63,998 bases of DNA, filler included, from Lenisia limosa (GCA_001655205.1; 7 parts of 7 records of this genome joined end to end with filler, not necessarily neighbours in it), one strand, 5' to 3'; shown: positions 24,376-39,480, numbered from the whole stretch's first letter. Notes: generated by a model from the sequence alone, not told the origin. Program-made: numbers and translations.

Positions 24376-26549
24376 TCAATGATTTCATCATGGGAATCAT
24401 GAAGGATAACATGGAAGAAATTAAGGAGAAGATTGGAGAGGTATGCTGTAATATTCCAATGGGCGGTCTTTTTACCCTTCTTTCTTTGCATTCACAAGTT
24501 CTCTGGACGTGTTGGATAACCCTGAGAGGAACCGCTCTCAGATCCCTTTTTGTGATTTTTGTACACTCGGATACAATTATTCACCTTCATGCTGAACAAA
24601 TCCACCCCATCGCTTTTCCATTTTTGCGTGTTTAATTCTGATACTTGAGTTATATCTTGATGGAAACAATCGCACTTTTTTCTGTGATTTTCTTGTTTTA
24701 GATCATTGGCTCCATGTGTCTTCATCCTGGTAAGTTCTGCACCTTCCGCCCTGCTATCCAAGGCATCTTGAAGCTCAGAGTGGGCTGAGTGACGGTTTCT
24801 CTTTTTAAAAAAATGACTTACTGGTGTTTATTTGTTTGGTTCCGAGTGCAGATTAAAAAAAAAAAAAAAAATTACCAATTNNNNNNNNNNNNNNNNNNNN
24901 NNNNNNNNNNNNNNNNNNNNNNNNNNNNNNNNNNNNNNNNNGAGTGACAAGTTCGGAGAGGCTTTCCAAGAGCTTACCGAAGACTTTAACATTCCCTCAG
25001 GCTTCTTTGATGCTATCAAGGTGAGATGACTTCTAATTATCCTGGGATAGCGAGATTTCCGCAGACCTTTTGTTTGATAATATTTGTGAGGTTTTATTCG
25101 TTTCTAACAAATACAGTCCATGATCAGTGAGATCGCTGAACATGTCGGTGCCGTTGGCAACGTTGTCAAGGAGCATGTTCCTGGCTTCGCTATGATGGAG
25201 GAGTGCTGTGTATGCTATGGGGGGGGGGGCTTTATATTGTTTCTTTGTTTTCTTTTTTATTAGTATTAATATGAGGGCTTCCCTACATTCCGAAAAAGAC
25301 CGGTAAAATATCGATATTTATCGAGGATTTATTGGGAAATTCGGTCTATTTTGGGACCGAAGGGAAGCCCTAATATTATTTTTTTTTGTTTTTGTACCAA
25401 TCAACGTGTTCACTCTATTACAGGAGTACATTAAGAAGTTCTGCAAGGTTTTCACTGAAGATCTTTTCGATGTTAAATGGCCCTCTTTTGACGACTTCAA
25501 AATGCCTGACCTTGATGGTTGGTTTTTTTCTTTTGGCATTAGTTTCAACCCACAAACTGCTTCAGAATTCCAATACATTTAGCTTTGTTTTTTGAATAAT
25601 ACCCTCAACTTCCAGTTGACTATTGATTAAAAAGGAAACCATTCTTTTATTTCCACAGTTCCGGATGTCATTAAGGAGTTCGGTGCCAAATTCATGAAGT
25701 TCCTGTGTAACTGTGGAGATTTCATTGTTCAAAAGTGGGGGGTGGGGTATTCTTTGGTTGAAACGTTACACTACCATGCAATAATAAGTTGGTATGCTAT
25801 TAACACGTTAGGTTCGCTGCAATTGGTATGGCCTTTTCAGCTATCTGTAAGTGGGGTACTTCTGCTTTTTGGGTGCCTTCAATGATCCACTCCCCTTTGA
25901 AATGTGACAACTATAGGCAACCCTGATGAGTTGTTCGAAGTTGGAGGCTTTTCTAAGCTTCTTGAATTTGGAGACCACGAGGATGACACCATCCAACTTG
26001 CCTCTGTCGGAGGCCTGTTCAAGATGGTGGGAAGTGTCGATATCCATTCGCATAATTCTCCTCATTAACCCCTCCTTCCTCCTGTTCAATCCCTTAGCCT
26101 TCTAACCATTTCAGGGAGCCAACCCTGACGGCAAGTACAAGGATGAGGCTTGTGATGGACTCCAGAAGCTCGTTACCTGTATGTGATTGATCAATTCATA
26201 GCGTATCTCCTGTCTTTGCTCTGCTATACTTTACACGTTATTTGTAGTGCACTTTTCGAGATCTATCTGTTTTATTTTTCTGAACCAGCGAGATGTTTTA
26301 ATAGAATTTATTCAAAGACTGACATTCCAGCTGCCAAAAACAGCGACACCAAGGCTATGGCCGGAACTGCCCTCGCCGTTCTCAAGGTAAACTAACACCT
26401 GGACTCTTTACCCCTCCCCCTCCCTTTTCAAAGTATTAATTATTCAGTTTGGCAACATGCTTGACGACATCATCCCTGACGACCTCATTCCCGATTCCAT
26501 TGAGGATGCCGTCGGAAACATTGGGGGTGCCCTCAAGAACTTCTTTTAG
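24376..26549 (+). CDS. Hypothetical helical / Armadillo-like protein (5' partial)
   Basis: A clean chain of GT-AG exons includes GNPDELFEVGGFSKLLEFGDHEDDTIQLASVGGLFKM, DEACDGLQKLVT and KAMAGTALAVLK, and ends GGALKNFF* at TAG 26547-26549. Confidence 0.55.
25275..25370. mobile_element. MITE family R1 (GGGCTTC...GAAGCCC), intronic copy
   Basis: A ~96-bp hairpin: GGGCTTCCCTACATTCCGAAAAAGACCG...CGGTCTATTTTGGGACCGAAGGGAAGCCC|TA. Confidence 0.8.
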
Positions 26550-26718
26550 TGTCTGATTAGGTTTATGTTGGAATGTATTATGTAGATAGTTTGAATCATT
26601 TCAGCCTGGATATGTTCATGGAACGAATGGAACTTAGGTTGTGGCCAAGGTGGGATTGGGCATAGACGGACATCTTAAAACAAAAACAAAAAAACTTCAC
26701 CTTAAATAACACCTATTT

Positions 26719-29613
26719 CTACTCTTGCTTTGGTTTCTAAATATGTGACAAAAAAAAAATCCCAATAATGAGAATTCCCCAGCCACCTTCCCGAATTTCT
26801 CTGCCATAATAGCATCTTTCAAATCGCGCTCAGTTGAGGGGGTTATATGCGGGTTTTCAGCAATAAACTCCGATCGCAGTTGGGCATAGACCACGTCCAA
26901 CATGAACCATGACTAGAGTATCATAGAACAGTATTAAGGAACAGATAAAAAAAAAAAAAATCTACAATGAATATGCGATTTGATGCGATGAATCCTTACC
27001 ATAAGAATGCCGAACAACAAGCACATAGCATAGAAGAAGTTGGCGTTTCCGGTCCCCACAACGACCCATTGGTGCCACACCACAGGGGAGAGAATCACAG
27101 GGAGTCCAATTACACTCAAACAGAAAAGTGAATGCCTCATATCTAGGAGTGAGATAAGAGTGGTATTATGTGATTGCTGTTCTGTTACAATTCAATACAT
27201 ATCATATATCATACATATGATATAGTACATTATATCATCATATAATACTAGTATATGAATGTATCCGAATAGAATAAACCTCATACAGGGAAATGCCAAG
27301 GGGAAAGCTGGTAACAGACTCAGGAATAGACCAACTTCTCCATAAGCCGGATATGGCTGTTTCATTAGTGACAAAACCAGGCAATCCTTATTTTGCATAA
27401 TATTACAACACGCACACCAAAACTGTTTGAAGATTCCCCACCTGTGATTTGTTGCAAAAACTATTCAAAACCTTCTTACTCCAAAAACAGAAGTATTCGC
27501 AAGAACAAAGAAGAAGAGAAGCATCGGAACGTCATGTAACCTACAGTATAACAACTATGATAAACAAGAAATAATATGATATAGAAAATTCTAGTAATAT
27601 AGCTCTATGGACTTATCGTGGTTACTGTAGTAATACGCTGCCTCCCACTCACCTTACAACGGCCGTAACGGATATAATCACAACTGTTGCAGCGAAGAAT
27701 AGAACAAACATTGTACGGTAGGACGCAAATACTTCCACTATGAGATACCACCAAAATCCCTAGACAGTAGTAAATTTACTCCTATTTCGCTTATTTACGG
27801 CTACACGATCCAAAAATAGGGAAGGAGGTAATCTGTCAAATGATAATGTTACATCCCCTCACAAGATTCGGTGTGAGATCGTCCACAACAAGATAATATC
27901 TAAAAAACGAATAGTAGGCAGAAATTATTTCCTTCGACGCCAGAAGGTACTCTCCAAGAGACAAAAATGCCACAATTGAAAACCCCTTGACCGTCGGAAT
28001 CACCATGTCTTTCCACCTAAACATGACTTGAGCGCCCAACAGTGATATACATTGTGTAGAAATAAGAATAAAAGGTGTCTGTATCTTGGAATATAGAACT
28101 CTCTGTCTGAAACCCTCCAAACTATCATATTTACAAGGTAAAAAGATGTGAAATAGTATTGGTATCCCATTTGATTCCCTAGGGTTTTAATGAATATAAT
28201 ATTTCTTGTTCAAAAAATACTGTTTTATACACCCCACCTTAATTTGTTAACTTGTTTCGATATGCAAATAAAGCATGGCAGCAGAAGAAGATAATAAGGT
28301 GACAAAAGGCCAAGTAAAAGATTGAGAGCTACACTGGTCCCGGAATTCATTCCTTTGAAGTTAATACTCTTGAAAAAGTGGGAAAAAGAACCAAAATAAA
28401 ATCAGATATACATATACATGTAGATAAACTCTCATCTCAAAAACCAAAAGGTTGAAGGTTGAAATCAACTTCAAAGGTGCAAATCAACTCAAAACCCACA
28501 CCCACCTGTAGTAGCCAAGAGGAGGGAAAATGAAATGCAGAAAGCATGGAGACAAACCAGCGACTAAAACGTTATACTATTCAGAAATATTTATTGACAT
28601 AATAGCGCTGACATATTGGAAGACGTATCAAAATTATTACTATTTCGCTGTTGGGATATAGAAAGCACAATGAACAGTCCATCTGACCATATTGGTAAAA
28701 TAGAAAACAAAAATAATAACCCAATTACCAAAGCTGTAGAGGACAAAATTGTGAGCGGGTTAAGAAAATAGAGGATCATAGTAGATTCAAACGGCCTGTC
28801 AAGGAAAATGAGGGCTAGTCCTGAGAGCTTTGGTTCGGTTGGAGGAGAAAACTCGAAACTTTGTGGTATCTGCTGAGATTAAATAATAGTTAGGGGAGGA
28901 GTGGGGTCACCCAACCATACCTCCACTGAGTCTTCAACATTTCCCGATTTAAAATCCTCAACAAACTTCTTAGACTCCTAGAGATGTGATTTGACATTTC
29001 AAGAAATTAATATCAATTTTTCTTTTCTTAAACAAACAGGTGTATTATTATTATTAAACAATGTGTTAAAGATAATACCAATAGAGCTAACATATAAAAT
29101 TGGGATACTAGCGTATGAACTACCTTGAGAGCCTTTTCTTTCGTTTGGGTTATTCTCGGAACATAAAACTCTGACCACTTCAGCACCGCCAAGGATAGAA
29201 CGAGAGCTGTTATTAGGTCCACAACGATGAAGGCAAAGTGCAGGTAGTTGGAGGGGACTGAAAACGTAAAAATGTTAATAGCTCAATCCAATCTTTTTTT
29301 GACATTTTTACAACGCTTACCTTCAACAAATGGTGATAAAAGACGCTGAAATATCGGACTTGTTCGACACAGTAGTGAAGACGAGGGGTCCACTCCTCCC
29401 GAAGACAAGAAAATACATTCACGTACTAGAGGTAAAAAAAAATCGTTTATTTAATTGAAAATCACGAAAGTCGCTCTCACCTCCGTCAAATGAAACAGCA
29501 GGATGGACGACTTCGATCCGACCGCTTGCAAAAGAGCTGAAAGCCAAACATATCACACGAATAACAACTCCAATTGCGACGATTGTGAAGACATTGCCTG
29601 ATCTTGGGGACAT
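26719..29613 (-). CDS. PIGU: GPI transamidase subunit PIG-U (GAB1/CDC91)
   Basis: Motifs MKQPYPAYGEVGLFLSLLP and LSPVVWHQWVVVGTGNANFFYAMCLLF are characteristic of PIG-U. The N-terminus has ASGRIEVVHPAVSF. Many hydrophobic exons. Confidence 0.9.
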
Positions 29614-30989
29614 GATGGGGGAGGGGGGGGGNNNNNNNNNNNNNNNNNNNNNNNNNNNNNNNNNNNNNNNNNNNNNNNNNNNNNNNNNNNNNNNNNNNNN
29701 NNNNNNNNNNNNNNNNNNNNNNNNNNNNNNNNNNNNNNNNNNNNNNNNNNNNNNNNNNNNNNNNNNNNNNNNNNNNNNNNNNNNNNNNNNNNNNNNNGGG
29801 TAGTAGCTACTACTACCCCTGTCTAAAAACGCGGGAAAAGGGGGAAAGATCAAAAGATCTCCGCCCCCTCCAACCCCCACATTCCCCGGTCCAACAGTGG
29901 GTCCAGTCCAAGTCTTTGTCCTTCAATGAAGGGCCCGGCTCGGGGAACCCCCCACACCACAGCCACACCACATAAATAGCTATATTGCACATCTTGAACC
30001 AGCACACGCAAACCTGACATCCGCACACCATAATTCACCACCAGTCCACCACACACACATACAGGTCACCCAGTCCCCAGTCGTCACCAAACTCATTCAA
30101 TCTAAAAGGCAACATAATCACACCACTCTGTGCAGGCCGCCCTTCCTCCAAACAAGACCAACCAAGATCAGATGGGTGTATGAATAAACAACACCCATGT
30201 TCTCTCTTCCATCTTCGAGATCTGTAAGCGAGATATGGGGACCACTACTATGTTATACATAACTGATGTGGATCAGCTTCATATTATTTTCACAAATCAT
30301 AGGAGGACCCTGTTCTTCAACGTGCCCATAATGTCCTCTCAAAGGTATCATTAAGCAAGCCAACCGCTGGTCTTCCGTTATATGGTTAGTGAAATTAGTT
30401 AGTATGGTTACGCCGCAAGTTGATACAATTATAATGGTGCGATTCCAGGAGCCCGTGTAACATTTTGGTGCTTAGCTGTATTTAGTATAAGGCTCATTTT
30501 GCACTTAGCAAAATCCTTTTGCTAAATACTGCATCACAAAGACTTTTATCTATCTTTTGCGTATTTAATACTATGTGATATTATAGCATATTATATAGTA
30601 TGCATATACTAAAAAAAAGTATAGTATACTATTTCATGTATGATATAAGGCTCATTTTATACTTTGCAAAATACTATTGCTATGCTTCACCCCAAAAGTC
30701 TTTTCCAAATAAAAAGCTTTAATAGGTTTTAAAACAGTGTCAAGCGTGTATTTAGCTCCAAAGCACCCAAAACTAGACTACAGCAAAGTACTGAAATGTT
30801 CCGGGCTCCATTTTTATGGTAAATCGAGAGTTTCAATTTGCTACCACACACCAAAAACCAGAGTATTGATAACTACTAATGTTCTCTTTTTGGTACCTAA
30901 TAACCTCTTTTAAATCAGTTCCAACTTACTGATATCAGCAACCCAAACTGCAAGCCTCCCCCCACCCATGTTTCCACCATCTCCCTCAT

Positions 30990-32240
30990 TAAAAGAGATA
31001 GCATCTCCGAATGATTTCGGCTCTTCATGGTGAGAGGGTTGAAAACTTATTTAATTCCTTATGATATTGTCATTTTTTATTCACTGTTCAGCTATTCATC
31101 AATTGCTCGTTTTGATGAGCTTTCTAGTGAGATTCGAAAGTCCCATCACTCTGTATGTACCCCGATAAAGTATGCGAAGATAGGTAACACTCAATTTTTG
31201 GAATATTTTCTTCCTCGTCCCACATATATTACATTCCTTACCTTATATCAGATTTATCTAAATTTTCAGACATGATTCTGATGCTAGAAATGCCCCGAAT
31301 AGAGGTGGGATTCACTGATTCAATCGAAATTCAAATATAATGTACTATTTTTATTTAATTTGGAGTCAATTGGAACAAGCTCAAATTATTTTTATATGAT
31401 ATTATATAATATGTCTATTTTCATTCATCAAGTGATTTTTTCCCTTTTTGCACTTATTCCTTTATGATCTCTTTACAGAAAACTATCAAACTCCGTCTAA
31501 AATACGTGACTTAAGCCCTCAAAAGATCCCTTATTTTAAGGTTAGTGTATTACATAATATCACCAGTAGCTATGATATATCATATCATCATCTACATCAT
31601 TTAGTATACATTTTTTCTATTTCTGACGGAGTAGAAAGAACAATATCCGAAGTATTCCTTGAATCAAATGGAACCGAGCCTTGAACCACAATGTACAAAG
31701 TATCAGACTTCACCACAACACCACATTGAATTAGTTAAATCCACAACACCAGAACGCCATTACACCAATCCAGTTAACTCCAATAAACAGATTCAAGCAG
31801 ATCGACACCATTCCTCTCATGCTGTACCAGCTAATGAACGCCCTTATCAGCGCCACGAATCCCGACTTCCTGTTTCTTTGAATGTTAGAGGGGTGGAGAT
31901 GGCACTTTTGGGACAGCATGATGTCAAAACTTCCAAATAATTTGCCTCAGGATACACACTACTGTCCAAAGTATACTCTTGACCATCGACAACACTCAGA
32001 ATACAACCGCCTGTCTCAAGATGACTTAAACAATCACTATGCAAGGTAGGCCTTAAGAATTTTAAAATTGTATAAAGCCACTTTCTTGCCTAATGCGTCA
32101 GTATAATTAATACCTCTTATTCACCTTTCAGATACTCTCTCAATCAACCCACCCGAGGGCCGCAGTTTGTAGGGCCTGATATTTCATCTAATGATACTAC
32201 CACTACCACGCCTTGCTCTGATTGATATTACCGCTGACAC
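30990..32240 (+). CDS. Hypothetical low-complexity protein (exon chain, uncertain)
   Basis: Several GT-AG-bounded open segments rich in S/P/Q/H (e.g. 31634-31940). No domain was recognised. Confidence 0.3.
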
Positions 32241-32422
32241 ATTAGTATGGCGGTGTACAGCCCATCACGATGTAAACCGTCATTTAGTCCAAGTAGGTGT
32301 TGAGAATTTCGTGTTTTTAATAATTTTATATTTTGAAATCATCTTTCAGGTGGTCAAGTTATTTAATTCATTTGCAGTTGTTTTTTATGGTATTGATACA
32401 AAACAGCATCATCATCAACAAT

Positions 32423-35400
32423 TTACAACTTCGAAGCATTGAACACCCTTGGTGACAGTTCCTTACTGACCGCTTGATTGCTCTCCAAGCTAAACCATTA
32501 GTGCCACTTGTTATTACATAATATACATTTGTATACAAGAATAAGAACGAAAAAATCTGGTCATGACACAAACCTTAATTTCGAGGCTGTGAGCCCGGCT
32601 GAGACAGCTTGGGTAAGTGGCAGCCCCCTGATAAGACCGGAAATGACGGTGCCGACCATTGAGTCACCCGCACCAGTTGCGTTTACAATTCTTCGCGGCT
32701 GTGGGGGGGGGGGGNNNNNNNNNNNNNNNNNNNNNNNNNNNNNNNNNNNNNNNNNNNNNNNNNNNNNNNNNNNNNNNNNNNNNNNNNNNNNNNGATATTT
32801 ATTTCGGTACAAATTCTCTTTGAAAGCAAACCTTCAGAGCTTTCAGTGAATTGAGCCCTTGATTTGAGGCAATAATTACGCCATCAGCTCCACAAGACAT
32901 CTACGATAATTAAACAGGTTTTTTATGTACTGAAAAAAGGAAGTATACATGATAGCAACATACAATCGCATTTTGTACACCGAATTTGAGTAAAGCTTTA
33001 GCAACCATGGTAGGACTTCCTGTGATAGTTAAATGATGATTGATTGTGTGAAACCCGGGACAATCTGTTGAGTGCAAACCGATGGGTGAGCTCGCTCCGA
33101 GATTCATTGCCATGTGTTGGGCCTCCTATTCAACAATCAGTTGGAATATCAACAATGAAAAAGGATAAAATACGTATCATCAACCTTGTACCATGAGATT
33201 GGGCTTGATGTAGTTGAACAGTGGGAGCACCCCAGATTTAGTAGCTCTCATCGCTTTATCAACAGATGTTGGCTCGAATAAAGCTGGAAATAAATTAGGG
33301 CCTGGGAACGAAAATACCCCCCCCCCCCAAAGCCTTAACCCAACTTGGAATTCCAGCTTTTTGGCNNNNNNNNNNNNNNNNNNNNNNNNNNNNNNNNNNN
33401 NNNNNNATGTACTCAATAGTGGAAGGGAGGAGGTTCCCATCAATGGCCACGAGACGTGCTTTCGAAATCACACCCCATTTCCTGTCAATCTGGAGAAATG
33501 ATATCAAGAATCTTAGGCAAAAAAAGCAACCATGGGGAATTGAAACTAACCCTTCCTACAAATTCAGGGGTAATTCTGTCGAAGATGTCCATGTCGGCAA
33601 TAGCAGTCTAAAAGGTTTAGTTTACGCGATACACCAATGTCTTCATTTAAAATATGATGCCTTACCTTCATGTCACCAAGATGGTTGAGAACAGCAGAAT
33701 AAACGGCTGTTCGTCCATCAGGAATAACTTCAATTTGACTACATCCCTGAACAAGAATAAGATCACCTTCTACTAGAAATTTGATAGAAACTCGCATCTT
33801 TTTTTGCTTTGACCTGGAAAAGCCCTCAAACCACTCCAGAACCAGCAAGGTCGTTTTTCACCTGGCTTCCATGTCCGTCAGCTCCTACCACACTAATCAG
33901 CTCGGTTGCTGTGCCAGTCCTAATAGATCCAAAATGACGCACAAAATTATGTTGGCGAGTAGATAGTTTTTCATTTCAGTATGTATCTATATGCTGTACT
34001 CACCTTGCAGCAGCAGTCGCAACATTGGCGGCAACTCCCCCGGTAGAGGCTATAACCTTTCCGATGTTGCTGTCCTGTTGTGGAGCGTAAACGTGGTGTG
34101 CTATATTTTTTTTTTGTAAATAGATATTGGTTTCTCTTCTGTTCATGGTGCTGTCTAGTTCCCACCCTACTTCCATTCTCAGAGTTTTGTTTGGTCGACC
34201 AACTATGTCAGATACCTAAATAGTTATTGATTCAAATTTCGGTTGTTGTTCAACATTCATTCAAACTATCGTATGCATTCACGGTAGATGCTTTTTAATC
34301 ACAAAACAAAACGTTACAACTTTGCGCGTACAATTCCACCAATGACAACCGCTCCTCCAGTCTTAGGCCTTGAATATGAATGAGAAAACAATGTTCTGGG
34401 GTTAGCAAAATCATATAACTTAATCCTTCAATCCCCCATACTGTGATTCAGAGTTTCTTGAAGCAATATCACGGGCAATAGCTGCACCAACCTACACAGT
34501 TATAAGGCTTATATAAAGAATTATATTGATTTGAAACATTTGAATTGGAATAAGCGAATTTAAGTCAATTTCAGAAGCCACCAACTTTAGCATTATTAAG
34601 TACGAGAGCTACATTAGCCTTAAGCGATTTTCCTTGGGTGAGTTCGTTCACTCGTTGAAGAACATATGGAGTGAGGAGCCTGAAAATCATAAGTGACTGA
34701 TCAACTGAAAAAATAATTTGATATCCACTATGAGCAAAATCACGATCAAACAGTCCCAGAAAAGCATGTTGAACGTACATATTGCATTGAAATGATGTGT
34801 ATAAAGGGGATTACAAATATTTCCTCTAACGCTAATCTGATAGTTATGTATGTAGTTACGAGGCTACTTCCAAACCTGCCAATTTGTCCCTTTTCGCGTG
34901 CTTCCCTCAGACTTTGTTGGATAGCTACACAATGAAATGTGACCCTTGTGGTGAATCATTATAATATTTGCGAGAATAAGGTATAATAATTTTTCTGTTG
35001 AATAACCGAAAAAGTCTCCGCATTGTTAATAACAATCCATTATCAACTCGCCGCTTATTATGGAAATGGGAAAGAAAACATAGATGCCGTACCAATTTCA
35101 ATGGACTCTGCGTCTCCTTCTTGGTCTTTGGGGACAGGAACAGTAACAAGCATCCCACTTCCCATTTTGACTGACTGACTAGCGATATGCGCGCGGGCAA
35201 CTTCCTGCTGTGTCAAAATACATCTCAAAATGTTCATTCCCATACAGCTTCAGTTTGGAAAAGTAAAACTATTCAAGGAATGCCAAATATGCAATCGTCA
35301 AAGAACACTTTGACCCACCATGCTAGTGTCAAGACGAACTGATGGTTTGAAGCCGGATTTACGCGTGAAGAATGCAGGAACTTCATCAGAGCCAAATCCA

Positions 35401-36443
35401 ATGACAGGAACTCCTAAAAATGTGATTTCAGTATAAAAAAAATTAAACAAAACCAAACCTTTACATTATAACGGTGTATTTATAGTATTTAAACATTATT
35501 GATATGAATAGTACTAGAATATTAGCTATTATTATCAACCTCAGTCCTACCTTGAGTTTCAAGATACTCGAGAGTTCTGTTAATGTCTAAGATAGACTTC
35601 ACACCAGCACAGATAACAGTAACAGGGGTCTGACCAAGTTCTAAAAAGGGTATTTTACAATTATTGTCTTGATTTCAAAAAAAGAGAATCCACCAACCAG
35701 TCAAATCAGCTGAAATATCATACTCAAGCGGGGCACGAGAGACTCCTCCAATTCCTCCAGTCACAAATACTCCAATTCTATCATGTCAGTCATGGCTACG
35801 ACTCTTTTGAAATAATGGCTTTTTGCAACAAATGGTTCTCACCCCATACCCTGCCATATGGGCGCAATACATCGTGGCGGCAACCGTCGTGGCTCCAACG
35901 ATACCCTTGGACAGCACAATAGCAATGTCTCTTCTGCTCACCTAAAGGGCTCAGAGAGGTCAGGTTTATCGAATGAGTTCAAGAAAGAGACTCCTGATTC
36001 TTCTTTTGGCAATATACCTCCTTCCCTCATTCCTCCCACAATATTGAAGAATACTCATTTTGAAACCCATCACAAACTCAACCTTCAAGGCCTTTCGTCC
36101 AGTCTTTGCGAGCAGCTCAAGATCGTCATCATTCAACCCGATCTGAAACGTGATAATACTAGAAATGCTGTGAATTGTTTTGAAAAACAATAAACTGAGC
36201 AAGAAAAAAAAATCCACCTCCATTTCCAACCTTGATTTTCCCATCCATCAAAGCAATAGTAGCAGGGCATGCTCCTCCTTCACGAATCGTGTTCTCCACT
36301 TGCCTTGCTGTTTCGACATTCTGTGGGTAAGGCATGCCATGTGAGATGATGGTGGATTCAAGGGCTACAATCCCTTGACCGGTCTGAAATGCGTTTTTAA
36401 CTTCATTGGAGAAAACTAATACTGAAGAAGGAGCGCCTAACAT
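32423..36443 (-). CDS. Bifunctional pseudouridine-5'-phosphate glycosidase (PsuG/IndA) - pseudouridine kinase (PsuK, PfkB family) fusion
   Basis: N-terminal PsuG: [92 protein letters not shown]-terminal PfkB signature: [19 protein letters not shown]. Ends [22 protein letters not shown]. Confidence 0.93.
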
Positions 36444-36568
36444 CTTGCGAACTTTTCCTCTTGTTCCCCAATAACTTTTTTGCACTTTTTGCGTGCTGTT
36501 TGTTGATTTATTTATTAGAATTAGTATACAGCTAGTGTATTTAATATTTATTTAAAACAGCAGACAGT

Positions 36569-36700
36569 GAACTTTTGAACTTAAATGCATCAATAATCTG
36601 GGGGTACATTCACCCTAGAAACAGAAACCGATTTGGCACTGAAGAGTCCATAACTTCACACACTTTCCTCGGGAGTTATATTGGGGTTATAAGAATAAAA
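36569..36700 (+). repeat. Dispersed repeat R3, copy 2 (intergenic)
   Basis: Colinear with the reverse complement of 17038-17172. A short partial copy lies near 56818 (CAAAAATCTGGGGGTG). Confidence 0.75.
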
Positions 36701-37149
36701 ACCTTTACATATTTAAAAAATGATCAGGCCGATCTCCAACTGGATGTTTTGATACCATTCACCATTTCTGGCCACGCCACTCATTACCATCATGTAATCA
36801 TTCAAATCCAATAATCCAATCATATTACTTTACCAACATATATATTATACTATATATCATATTACATACTAAATGTACATATAGAATACACAGATGGCAT
36901 ACGATTACTCAATCACTTTCGAAACCACTCTGATACAGAAAAACACGACAGTCTACCGGACAGCCACCCAATAAGCTGCTTCGCCCCTGAAGAAGGAGCC
37001 TGTTGTGGCCGAAGAGATGGAGTCTTCAGAGTAGTACGCTGAAGAGGAGTGCCTAAGAATATGTCAGATAACTGTACTGCAAAATGGTTTGTATATCCTT
37101 AGCTACAATAATTGCCGCAATACCCTTTTCACTATTGGACTTATGTTTA

Positions 37150-39480
37150 TGTATTTTTTTTTTGGGTTTCAGACTGTCACCTCTGAAAAATCCCCCGGCT
37201 ACCACTCCCCCTACTCAATAGTCGTGTACACTGACCCTTCTGGGACACTGGGATTACCAGACAAACAACTTCTATACAAGACACCACGATACACACAGAA
37301 CATTCTGTTTGAGCCACTATCACCACAATCGATTTGCTTCGCCATGTCAAAAGCTGGATTGTCAGTTGTTTTTCAACGTAACCAGGTGGCTATTTCGACA
37401 AAGAACAGTACAATAGCATTATCATAGATATACACTCCTTATTCCAAACCTGTATACCCCGATCCACGCTCGGTTAGAACGGACTTATCATAGTGATAAA
37501 ATCCAAATCCGTACTGTTTACGCGTGGCAGCAGGTACTGAGATGAATGCCTGGAAATAAGGGTGACTCTGTTTATGTTTCAAACACAAAACAAAACGAAG
37601 ACAAAAAAAGTCGCCTAGACCAGAGCACATCTATTAGCTACGACCAACCTGAGACAAAACACAGGATTCACCTGGCACTGGCGACGGGTTGAAGAAATTT
37701 TCTTGGTCAAAGTTATCGTGGAACTAAAGAGTTGAGTGAACATAGTTGCAAAAAGAGAACCTGTAAAATTTGATCTTGTACAACAAATGTTCATTATAGT
37801 ATTATTCTGCAAAGAAATTATTATTGATATTGTCTTCAACAACTATACCCATAATATCATGAATATAGCATATATTACAATGAGTAGGCAATATCTGACC
37901 TACCTTTATTCCATGAATATCACATCCCTCAACTGTACTGTCCCCGATGCCGAAAATCATTTCAGCAAAGTTCGTATTCAAATACCTAAAAAATAAAAAT
38001 ATATCATTAGGGATTCGCTTTGGTACGAAACTAGAAAAATTGCTCATAATTCCTCAATAAATATCGATGTTTTTTCGGACTGAAGTAAGTCCATGATAAT
38101 TGACAAATACGACCAATCATCATGTTAACGGGATAATTTACGAGTGCAGACTTACAAAATTGTCAATTATATTTTCAACACCATTTTGTAGTTCATCAAC
38201 AAACCGTGGGGGTAAACTAAAAGTCTCATCAGAAAAGGGGCCATTTGGGAGGTAAGCCTAAAAGTGTGGTAAACTACAATTTTTCAAGGTAAAATTTGTT
38301 AAATATTACATTACTAAAAAGAAAATTTCCACCTAACATCTCCATATCTATTCCAGAGGAAGTTCTCGGCCGAGGGACTGGAGATTTCCCTTCCAATCAC
38401 TGTCCACCCCCCGCCAAAGAGCGTCTGGACAGTTAACAGACTGGATGATTGGCTTCGATTGATAGTTTTATGGTGATAAAAAACAGCGAAATGGGCACAA
38501 ATAGGCATGCCACCTACCATTTCACAGTAGACTTGGACTTTGGTTCCGTCTGTTAGTTTGACCCGAGCCAGGCCTGATGGCCCTACGAACTCCTTGCAGC
38601 TCGAAACTACAATCCATAAGAATACAAGGGAACATTTGAAAATGGCTAGAAATAATGAATGATATGATATATACAATACATGAAATGATGAAAAAGAAAT
38701 ATGTGGAAATAAGACATAATAAAGGAAGCCACTGTCCAAATCTGTAAGAGGCACTGATTCATTCATTTTTCAAAAAGTGAGCGGGGGGGTGGATATGTTT
38801 TAACTTAAGAGATCCTCTGTGGGTTTTCTCATGTAAAATAATTTGTGCCAATTTGACAACAGATCAACTATCCGCCGTATTTACCCGTAATTCCCAGTAT
38901 CTATCCATTCTCCTCAGCTTACTGGAAGTGAGTTCTTCTTCAACAGCTTCCACTAAGTTATCAGATATAATATCGAAAATAAATGAATAAACGCAGCCGT
39001 TACAACCGGGGAAATGCTCATAAAACACTACAACGTGCTGATAAGAACGGATTCATACTTCTTGAAGTCAAGTTTGCCAGCAGCTCTCCAATAACACTGA
39101 GGTCACTCAGTGAATTTCCAGCTTCATCCTATTTCATGACTTTTGCAAGCATATTAACAAATCGCTCTTTTGGTTTTATCCTATTATATGACAGGTATTA
39201 TATGAATAAAAAATCATATAGCTATATTAATATCATATATATATAGCAATGAGAAATAAAAAATAAGGATGTATCTAGCCGAAGCCGTCCANNNNNNNNN
39301 NTGTGGTGGAGTAAAATCAAGAGAGAATGAAAATGTGTTGGAGTGGAAATTTGAAACAAAAAACAAAAAAACTGCCCTGTACCGGCCACAGACCTCATGG
39401 ATTGTGTTCGCGGTTGGGCTTTGAAGGGGGTGGGGGAAACAGCAGGATGGGGCGAAGAGCTCAATTGATGCATCGCCTGG
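37150..39480 (-). CDS. Fibrinogen C-terminal-domain (FReD)-like protein, 3' part possibly degenerate
   Basis: SSCKEFVGPSGLARVKLTDGTKVQVYCEM|..LFGGGWTVIGRE matches the SC..VYCDM..GGGWTVIQRR start of fibrinogen-related domains. In-frame stops occur in the 37150-37560 segment. Confidence 0.55.

Noticed and set aside
30487-30710. Imperfect ~60-bp duplication (TAAGGCTCATTTT...CAAA) in intergenic DNA
   Set aside because: Only two degenerate copies with no further structure, so it is probably an old local duplication.
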